DNA of 63,401 nucleotides from the NCBI RefSeq assembly GCF_006345805.1, contig NW_021832421.1, forward strand, positions 1-63,401. Direction: 5' to 3'. The stretch comes from Octopus sinensis (Eukaryota). The notes beneath the pieces were generated by a model. The model was not told the DNA's origin, ran no database searches, and saw only the letters and a program-made list of their open reading frames with translations. How positions within the stretch are numbered: position 1 is the first letter of the stretch; every line of letters starts with the position of its first letter. The position numbers and the translations under genes are program-made. This document shows, in pieces, positions 53,719-63,401 of the stretch.

Positions 53719-53765
53719 AAAACCTGTTACTCTGAGTTTCCCGTTGCCGTTCATCGGACAGTTTT
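53719..53765 (-). ncRNA. Variant hammerhead motif (CCGATGA core) in a (TA)n insert
   Basis: Minus strand aaaactgt-CCGATGA-acggcaacgg-GAAAC-TCAGA-GTA-acaggtttt. Confidence 0.6.
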
Positions 53766-53772
53766 TGCTAGA

Positions 53773-53862
<90 letters not shown>

Positions 53863-53869
53863 TATATAT

Positions 53870-53922
<53 letters not shown>

Positions 53923-53933
53923 ATATATAATAT

Positions 53934-53975
<42 letters not shown>

Positions 53976-54559
53976 ATATAAAAATTAATAGATAAAGAAA
54001 ACATATGCATATATATATGTACGTACCTACCTCTACATGTATATATACATGCATATATTGGTACAGGACACCAAAAAAACGTCGAACACAATGAGAAATG
54101 AAAACGTAAACACAAAACCAAGGAAATGGACATTTTTATTAAACAACGAAAAAATAGAGTACAAGACATACAACACAAGGAAAATTCCCCTTCTTCAGTC
54201 GCCTTTGTTTCATCTACTCCGCATTTCGAAGGTCAAGGCGATACATGACTTTAACAAAATATTCCTTCCCGCGAAAACCAAATTAAATAAAATTTGAGAT
54301 TTTTTTGCGGAGGGGTAAAAATGGTAACAAAAACAGGACAGTAACGACAGTACAAAATATAAACAGTAAAAGACAGGACAAGGAGAATAACAGTAACACA
54401 GACAAGAAGGGCTGTGCACACATCCATTTCTAAGTAAGATTGTTCTTAATATATATATATCAAATGAAACACACACACACACACATATATAATATATATG
54501 TTCAACCAGTTCATCTCTCTGATGTCTCATCAAAGTGTTTTTTACCAATTTTATTCCAG

Positions 54560-54685
54560 TGGAACAATATTGGTGACCCTATCTTACACATCGAACTACG
54601 GCGCTGGGCTGATATTATGGTCATTTGTCCTCTCGATGCCAATACTCTGGCCAAAATAGCCAATGGTCTTTGTGATAACCTGCTG
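54560..54685 (+). CDS. PPCDC: PPCDC coding exon 3 (WNNIGDPILHIELRRWADIMVICPLDANTLAKIANGLCDNLL)
   Basis: Acceptor ttttattccag, donor GTAAGT, 126 nt. Contains the HIELRRWAD (catalytic His) and PLDANTLAK motifs. Confidence 0.96.
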
Positions 54686-54911
54686 GTAAGTTAAACAAAT
54701 CTAGTAGTAGTTGTTGTTGTCAAGTTCTAATTGAAGACTGCTCCAGTAGGTCTCTGCTCATATATCTACACATGTATGTCTATGCTTTTATTTGCAGAGG
54801 TTCTTGGTCACCTATGTATACAAGTCAATCGTTTTCTTGCCATCTCAAATGTTTATCTCTGGGAAAGGTCACTGACTTGAATTGGTGTAAATGTTGTTGC
54901 AGAAATTGTTG

Positions 54912-56365
54912 ATGCTAGTCTTCAGCCATTTTGAATTTTAATGAAAGAAATTGATTGGTATTACTGTGAGGTGGGCTGCGATTAGTTGAGGAAGGTCACA
55001 CGACATTGTGGTTTGATGTTGGTATATCAGCGACAACAGTTAGCTGGAAAATACTTCATGACGAACAGGAAATTTACCATGTGGTGGACAGGAAATTGCT
55101 TGGTTTGTTGGAGGGAAAGTAAGAAGGGGCAGGATCTGCAAGTATATAGTTGTATATATGGGTGTGTGGATGCTCTCATGGTTTTGCATGCATGTCTATT
55201 GATGCGAGCATGCGCATCTGTACATGGGCACGTACATATATGAACGAACATGCACACATGTATGCACATGCTTTGTCATTGATATGTATATGTGCATTCA
55301 CATGCATATGTGTACTTGTGTGCATGCATGCATGAGTGCACATGCACATAACAAGCATTGGGGATTGGTAAGCAGGCTGATCAACCCCTCTAAAAGGAAG
55401 CCTAATGAGGAAATGGTATACATCTACAAGAACTTTAACCATCTTCACCACTGTAATTAAACATGGTTTCAGGCATTAGCAAACAACTATCTAATGTCAC
55501 CCAATAGAAAGATCTTTAACAGCCCCCCCCCCCCCCCACCGATGCTTTGAGTAGGAGTGGGTTTACTGAGAAGCTCGCATATGTGGACAACTCCCAAACA
55601 CCCTCTTCTCATCCCAAAAGGATTAGGAAATGGAAAACGATATGGTATAACCCTCCTTTCAACCTAGAAGTTTCCAATAATGTAGCTAGGGGCTTCTTGT
55701 CATTAATTAAGAAACATTTCCCCAAAGGTCTCAAGTATTATACAATTTATCTTATTGCTGTCACCAGAAGTATGCCCTTCTGGCAAATTTCAGGACTGCC
55801 AATTACCAATTCCTATGCTTGTTATGCACATGTACACTAATGCATGCATATATGCACAAGTACGCATGCGCATGTACTCTAATATGCATATGTACATGCA
55901 TGCATATATACATATGTACATATAAAGGAATATGCATGTGTGTGTGCATACATGTGTATGCACGTGTGTGTGTGAGTGCACATGCATGTTTGTTCATCAT
56001 ATATGTGTGTGTGGACGTGTACATGTGTGCCTATGTACAGATGTGCGCACTTGCATCAGTACGGACATGCACACAAAACCATATGAACGTGTCCACACAC
56101 CCACATATACAACTATATACTTGCACATCCCGCCCCTTCCTACTTTCCCTCCAAGGACCTGACTGATTTCCTGTCCACCATGCTGTATTTCCCAACTAAC
56201 TGTTGTCGCTCATATACCAATATACCAACAACAAACCACAACACTGCATGGCCTTCCTTGACCAATTGCAGCCCATCTTACAGTAATAACAATCAACTTC
56301 TTTCATTCAAATTCAAAATGGCTGAAGACTAGCAACACTCTTGAAACTCGGAGTACCAATGAATT
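54912..56365 (+). mobile_element. Decayed Penelope-like fragment flanked by long inverted repeats (PPCDC intron 3)
   Basis: Core 55390-55750 reads KRKPNEEMVYI...ALSRSGFTEKL...TIWYNPPFNLEVSNNVARGFLSLIKKHFP, homologous to the element at 48-49 kb. 54912-55350 is a diverged reverse complement of 55820-56335. Confidence 0.82.
56316..56361 (+). ncRNA. Hammerhead motif with degenerate stem II in the second Penelope terminal repeat
   Basis: aatgg-CTGAAGA-ctagcaacactctt-GAAAC-TCGGA-GTA-ccaat. Confidence 0.5.
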
Positions 56366-56439
56366 TGAATCAAACTGTTTTGATCCATACATGTAACTCC
56401 CAATAAATTTGCCGAGTGCCCTTCTTTTGTATGTATATA

Positions 56440-57385
56440 TACAGGGTGCATAAGATATTTGAGGACAGATTTATGTTTATAAAATAAACAGATATATAAT
56501 AACAGGTAATAACTTTATTTATAATATTATTCAATAAAGCCACCTTCAGCTTCAACAACTGCTTCTATATGAGATCTAAATCATTTACATGCTTGAATGA
56601 AGTTGTCCTGGTTCATTTTGGACATTACTCTGACTATGGCAGTTTTCAAAGAATCTTTGGTGTAATGGGCATGTCCACTAACCTCTCTCTCAACAATGCT
56701 CCACATGTAATATTCCAATGGATTAAGATCTAGGGAATTAGGAGGCCAAATGTTAGGGGTTATGTGATCGCGAATATTTTCAGCCATCCATTCCTGTGTT
56801 ACTAGAGCCATGTGTGATAGTGCAGAGTCTTACTGAAACACATATGGCTTACCATTGCATACACTGTCTATCCAGGGCTTAACAATTGTTTCCAGGGCCT
56901 CAATGTATGCAGCAGAGTTAACTCTAGGGCTTTGTGGAAAGAAGTAAGGAGGCATCACATGTCCTTCATTGCTGATAACCCCTAAAACCATAACAGTTGC
57001 AGGAAAGTTTGTATGCATAACACTTGGAACTTCAGAAGGGTCTGCACATAACCATCTGTCATTTCTTCTGTTAACTTTTTGATCTTGGTTAAAGTTTTTC
57101 TCGTTTGAGAAAAACCAAATCAAATCTTCTTTTGCTTTTTCTGACAAATTGACCTTTCTTCATCATATAAAATTTATATCTGATGTCTTCGTGTACAACA
57201 TTTCTGACTGTTCCTTCAGACACATGGAAATCTTTTGTAATTGACCTCATGGACTTTCTGGGATTGTAATCAATGGTCTGTTGAACTTGTTGGATAAATT
57301 CAGGTATTCTGATGATTTCAGAACGTTTAGAATCATTTTTATGCTTTGAAATTGGTGATACGTTTCCATCTTCAGTTTCTAGTTC
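56440..57385 (-). mobile_element. Tc1/mariner transposase pseudogene, maT (DD37D)-like, in PPCDC intron 3
   Basis: WFFSNEKNF, VMVLGVIS..G, FQ*DSALSH, WPPNSLDLNPLEYYMW. 37 residues lie between the 2nd and 3rd acidic positions. TA-cagggtg terminus near 56440. Confidence 0.88.
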
Positions 57386-57501
57386 CTTACAAACTTTGTA
57401 GAAGAAAGATATCTATCTATCTATCTATCTATATATATATATATTATACACACTGTATTCCAGTTTGTGATATTGATTCAGGTACCATCTGTATTTTACA
57501 G

Positions 57502-57670
57502 ACATGTATTGTACGAGCCTGGGATCAGAAGAAACCCCTCTTATTTGCTCCTGCCATGAACACCCTGATGTGGGAACATGTGATCACAAAGAAACAAATA
57601 GAAACACTGACAGGATTTGGGTACATAGAAATACCCTGTGTTGCTAAAAAGTTGGCCTGTGCTGATGTAG
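57502..57670 (+). CDS. PPCDC: PPCDC coding exon 4 (TCIVRAWDQKKPLLFAPAMNTLMWEH...KKLACADV-G)
   Basis: Acceptor tattttacag, donor GTAAGG, 169 nt, phase 1. Has the PAMNxxMW motif and the substrate clamp with catalytic Cys (KKLAC). Confidence 0.96.
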
Positions 57671-58319
57671 GTAAGGATCTGAATGTGGACTTTTGGGATA
57701 ACATATTCTGGGATTACACAAAATGGGACAAGATATTGGGGAAGAAAAGACTGAAAGTGTGAAGGAGAGAAAGTGAAACACGCTCACACATATATGCACA
57801 CACATACATACATGTATGCATACACACATACAAGCATACATACACACACACACATGCATGTGTGTGTGTACATGTTGGTGCAGGTGTGGTTGTATGGTTG
57901 AGCAGCTCGTTTTCTGACTGTGTGATCTTGCGGACTGTTCCATTCCATGGCATCATGGGTAAATATCTTCTATAGCTCTGGTGTGGATTTGGTAGAGAGA
58001 AACAGAAGGAAGCTTATCATTTGTGTGTGTGTTTGCGTACATGCATGCATGTGTGTGTGTTTGTGTCTCCTTGACTTGACATCTCATGAAAGTTGTAAAT
58101 GAGTATCACTGTTATAGAAGCAGTGTCAGTCGTTTCCAATATTCTGCAAAAACATGTCTGGCCATGGGCAAATATTACTTTGCTTGGAAACAGGTGAAAG
58201 TTGGCAACAGAAGGGACATTGCCTCAATACATTCCATGTGACCCATGAAAGGAAAAAAAAGTGGATGTTAACATGAAGGCGATGATGATGATAATTATAA
58301 TTGTTTGTATTTGAAACAG

Positions 58320-58447
58320 GAATGGGTGCAATGGCTTCAGTGGAGACTATTGTTGAGAAAATAGTGGAATACATAGCAGTGCTCCAGCATGGCCACAGTG
58401 AAGGTGCTGAAACCAAAACAGAAGTTAAAGAGTCTCTGGAAACCTAA
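58320..58447 (+). CDS. PPCDC: PPCDC coding exon 5 to stop (GMGAMASVETIVEKIVEYIAVLQHGHSEGAETKTEVKESLET*)
   Basis: Acceptor ttgaaacag. Phase 1 completes Gly and continues G.GAMA as in PPCDC. TAA at 58445-58447. Spliced total about 205 aa. Confidence 0.9.
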
Positions 58448-59164
58448 TTGCAAAGCTGACACGAAACTATTCCAATAATTAATAATTCAATTAACAATTT
58501 CATTAACTTCCGTTGTGATCAAGAATGCCTTTTTTCTCAAACAAAATATTTCATAATCAAATTCCTTAACACAGACATGGCTGTGTGGTTAAGAACTTTG
58601 CTTCTAAATCATGGAGTTTTGGGTTCAGTCCCACTGCAGGGCACCTTCGGCAAGTGTCTTTTACTGTAGCCCCAGGTTGACCAAAGTCTTGTGAGTGGAT
58701 TTCGTAAACAGAAACTGAAAGAAGCCCATTGTCTGATGATGTGTTTGCTCACAATGCTGGTTCAGTTGGATGCCTCATCTAATTATGTCTATGGTGTGAC
58801 ATCATGGATTGAAGAATGCTGAAACATGTGTAAACAGCTGGAATAAAAGAGTACCGAGTCAATGTCCCTGGTCTTTTTCTCTTATTATTGCTGTGGTCTT
58901 TGTATTACTTCACAACTCACCTTTAAATGCAGAGGGCCTCTGTCTACATACAACGGTGGGAGTTTAACATTGGGGCTGATATCTACATGGTTTCAAAATG
59001 AGGAGTAGACAGACAGCTGACATCTGATGAAGGGTTTTTTATCTGTGTTTACTTGTACTTTTTCCATTTTTTCTCATTGTTTACGTATTTCTTGTTATTT
59101 ACACCGTTGGTGATGTCCTGTACCCATATATGCATGGATATATATATATATATATTACTATTAT

Positions 59165-59520
59165 ATCATCATCCTCATCATTGTTTAACATCCGTTTTCC
59201 ATGCTAGCATGGGTTGGACGGTTCAACTGGGGTCTGGGAAGCCAAGAGGCTGCATCAGGCTCCAGTCTGATCTGGCAGTGTTTCTACAGCTGGATGCCCT
59301 TCCTAATACCAACCACTCTGAGAGTGTAGTGGGTGGTTTTTACGTGCTGCCAGCAGAGGGGCCAAGGGGGACTGGCAACTACCACGATTGGTTGTTGGTT
59401 TTGACGAGCCACCGGTACGGAAGCGAGTCAAAGCAGCTCTGGCATCGGCCACGTTCGGATGGTGCTTTTTACATGTCACCAGCATAGAGATCACAACTAC
59501 AATTTCCATTTGATGTTGAT
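59165..59520 (-). mobile_element. RTE 3' UTR fragment
   Basis: Reverse complement of the 3' UTR at 31810-32161, starting at an (ATC)n tail. Confidence 0.8.
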
Positions 59521-59539
59521 GTGTGTGTGTATGTATATG

Positions 59540-60083
<544 letters not shown>

Positions 60084-60325
60084 GTATATATATTGGAAGG
60101 TTTGGAGATGATGTACAGGTATTATATATTAGAAGAAATGAGATACTCAGAAAATTGGATGGTTTGTATTTACAGATATTTATTTGTATATTACATTTTT
60201 TATATATCATATACTTAGATCATGTATTAGCGCGCTTTCTCCCATTCTAGTGGGGTTTTCAAATCAAACTAAGTTCTTGTGTGAGGAGTTCTGACCATTT
60301 TATAGTGGTATTGAGTTTGTAGTGG

Positions 60326-60388
<63 letters not shown>

Positions 60389-60840
60389 CATAATATATAT
60401 ATATACATATATATATATACATATATATATATATACATATACATATACACATACATATACATATACATTATATACATATACATATACACATACATATACT
60501 ATATATATATATACATATACACAGCATATACATATACATATATATATATACATACACTATATATATACATATACATATATACATATACATATATATATAT
60601 ACATATACATATGTATATATATATAACATATATATATACATATACATATATATATATATATATATATATTACATATATATATCATATACATATATATATA
60701 TATATATATCATATACATATATACATATACATATATACATATACATATACACATATACTATATACATATACATATACATATATACATATACATATACATA
60801 TATACATATACATATATATATATACATATACATATATATA

Positions 60841-62027
60841 CAACAATTGAGGGTAAAATTAATTAATTATTAATCAATTTCACCAAGTATTCAGTATGTA
60901 AAGGGACCATTATAGGCGAATTCAAAATATTACATTATATATAAGGGCTTAGTAAAATAAATTACTTTGCCACATACTGAACTCATTAGAAATAGCAGCT
61001 AAAGAAATTTCTTCAGCTATTTCTAATACTTAAAGAAGATCTCTCTCAGATAGTGTTTGCCTAAACCAACTCACAAAGTATGGGGGAAAAAACATTAAAA
61101 ATCAAGTGCAAAGGTTATTTGAGAACGTACGTTTCTAGATTAGTCAATTCGACATTTCTTTCTTCAGCTCAGAATTCTTGAATCGGATTTGGGAACACTG
61201 AAAGTCGGGAGCATACCCTTTCGGCTTCTAATCACCTCTAGAATCTGCTCGAACTAAAAGTGCTATCAAATTCGAATATGCAAGCGAAGAATTTCTGCTC
61301 TCCCCTTTCCACCAGCGTGGGTTAAAATTGACAAACACCATGTATTAACGGTGAAAACCGCAGCATTTAGCAGAGAGAGATGAATTATAATTTCAACAAT
61401 TGAGGTAAATTAATTAATTATTAATCAATTTCACCAAGTATTCAGTATGTAAGGGACCATTATAGGCGAATTCAAAATATTACATTATATATAAGGGCTT
61501 AGTAAAATAAATTACTTTGCCACATACTGAACTCATTAGAAATAGCAGCTAAAGAAATTTCTTCAGCTATTTCTAATACTTAAAGAAGATCTCTCTCAGA
61601 TAGTGTTTGCCTAAACCAACTCACAAAAGTATGGGGGAAAAAACATTAAAAAATCAAGTGCAAAGGTTATTTGAGAACGTACGTTCTAGATTAGTCAATT
61701 CGACATTTCTTTCTTCAGCTCAGAATTCCTTGAATCGGATTTGGGACACTGAAAGTCGGGAGCATACCTTCGGCTTCTAATCACCTCTAGAATTCTGCTC
61801 GAACTAAAAGTGCTATCAAATTCGAATATGCAAGCGAAGAATTTCTGCTCTCCCCTTTCCACCAGCGTGGGTTAAAATTGACAAACACCATGTATTAACG
61901 GTGAAAACCGCAGCATTAGCAGAGAGAGATGAATTATAATTTCAACATTGAGGGTAAAATTAATTAATTATTAATCAATTTCACCAAGTATTCAGTATGT
62001 AAAGGGACCATTATAGGCGAATTCAAA
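60841..62027. repeat. Tandem array of a 550-bp unit (two full copies plus about 85 bp) embedded in (TA)n
   Basis: Unit starts caacaattgagg at 60841, 61394 and 61943. Copies differ essentially by 1-nt indels. Confidence 0.92.
61120..61171 (-). ncRNA. Minimal type-I hammerhead ribozyme motif (repeat unit 1)
   Basis: Minus strand tgag-CTGAAGA-aagaaatgtcgaattgactaatcta-GAAAC-GTAC-GTT-ctca. Intact core, stem I tgag/ctca, palindromic loop III. Confidence 0.65.
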
Positions 62028-62046
62028 TAAAATTATATATATATAC

Positions 62047-62100
<54 letters not shown>

Positions 62101-62152
62101 TATATATATATAATACATATATATATATATATATATACATATATATACATAC

Positions 62153-63401
62153 ATCATCATCATCATCATCATCATTTAACGTCGCTTTCCATGCTAGCAT
62201 GGGTTGGACGTTCAACTGGGGTCTGGGGAGCCGAAGGCTGCACCAGGCCAGTCAGATCTCAGTGTTTCTACAGCTGGATGCCCTTCCTAACGCCAACCAC
62301 TCCGAGAGTGTAGTGGGTGTTTTTATGTGCCACCGACACAGGTGCCAGACGAGGCTGGCGAACGGCCACGCTCGGATGGTGTTTTTATGTGCCACCGACA
62401 CAGATACCAGACGAGGCTGGCGAATGGCCACGCTTGGATGGTGTTTTTATGTGCCACCGACACAGGTGCCAGACAAGGCTAGCAGACGACCACGCTTGGA
62501 TGGTGTTTTTTATGTGCCACCGACACAGGAGCCAGATTAGGCTGGCGATCGGCCACGATCGGATGGTGATTGTTACGTGCCCACAGCATGGAGGCCAGTC
62601 GGTGCGGTACTGGCTACGGCCACGTTCGGACGGTTTCTTGTTGCCACCGGCACTGGTACCACAAAATACAAATTCCATTGATGTTCATCTATTTTGATTT
62701 TGTTTGATTTTTGATTTTCACTTGCCTCAACAGGTCTTCACAAGTGTCACAAGAAGGAAGGTATGCACAGGTGGGACTGACTACGTCCCATGTAGGGGCC
62801 CGGGTTATGGCCTCACTAGTCTTGCCGGGTCTTCTCACGCACAGCATACTTCCATAGGTCTCGGTCTCTAGTCAAGTTCTTGGTGAGACCTAAAGTTCGT
62901 ATGGTCGTGCTTCACCACTTCGTCCCAGGTTTTCCTGGGTTCTACCTCTTCCACAGGTTCCCTCAACTGCTAGGGTGTAGCACTTTTGCACCAACTATCT
63001 TCAGCCATTCTCGTCATATGACCATACCAGCGCAGCCGTCTCTCTTGCACACCACAGCTGACGCTTCTTAGGTTCAACTTTTCTCTCAAGGTACTTACAC
63101 TACTCTGACGATTATGAACACTGACATTACACATCCATCGGAGCATACTGGCTTCATTTCTTGCGAGCTTACGCATATCCTCAGCAGTCACGGCCCATGT
63201 TCACTACATGTAGCATGGCTGTACGTACACATGCATCATAATCTGCCTTTTACTCTGAGCGAGAGGCTTTTGTCACCAGCAGGGGTAGAATCTCTCTAAA
63301 CTTTGCCCAGGCTATTCTTCCTCTAGCAGTTACACTTTCAGCCACCCACCCCCGCTACTGACTTGGTCTCCTAGGTAGCGGAAGTTATCAACTACTTCTA
63401 G
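62153..63401 (-). mobile_element. RTE-clade LINE, runs off the window end
   Basis: Minus strand reads LEVVDNFRYLG...EASMLRWMC...RRLRWYGHM with frameshifts. Expanded 3' UTR repeat array and (ATC)n tail. Confidence 0.92.

Noticed and set aside
56710-56830. Novel DD37E transposase
   Set aside because: The copy is a pseudogene (first Asp mutated to Asn, internal stop). The Glu codon GAA is one substitution from Asp, so a decayed DD37D is the simpler explanation.
62316-62660. CRISPR-like repeat-spacer look of the 62-bp array
   Set aside because: The 'spacers' are homologous to each other, the array lies in an RTE 3' UTR of a eukaryote, and there are no cas genes.

Overview
AT-rich, microsatellite-dense animal genomic DNA. 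The SINE and LINE repertoire and the (TA)n/(TG)n/(AAT)n load point to a cephalopod, probably Octopus (inference). Two host genes are supported. One is a complete five-exon phosphopantothenoylcysteine decarboxylase gene (PPCDC, + strand, 49970-58447, about 205 aa). The other is the first coding exon of a Rit/Ric-like Ras GTPase (- strand, 26703-26793), whose later exons I could not find. The rest is mobile-element debris: a Penelope-like element (RT + GIY-YIG) with inverted pseudo-LTRs just upstream of PPCDC, a second decayed Penelope, an L1/Tx1-type LINE, several RTE copies, CR1-like and R4/Dong-like fragments, a gypsy-type gag remnant, a maT/mariner transposase pseudogene, MITEs, two tRNA-derived SINE families and three near-identical tandem duplications. 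Three unannotated signals stand out. (1) About ten minimal type-I hammerhead-ribozyme motifs from several unrelated short repeat families, including a 550-bp tandem retrozyme-like array. (2) A short element that fuses a tRNA-like Pol III head to a hammerhead-bearing Penelope-type tail. (3) The PPCDC C-terminus appears to be read partly from an exonized SINE 3' tail. Almost all ORFs in the supplied track are microsatellite artefacts. All family calls are by eye, without database searches.
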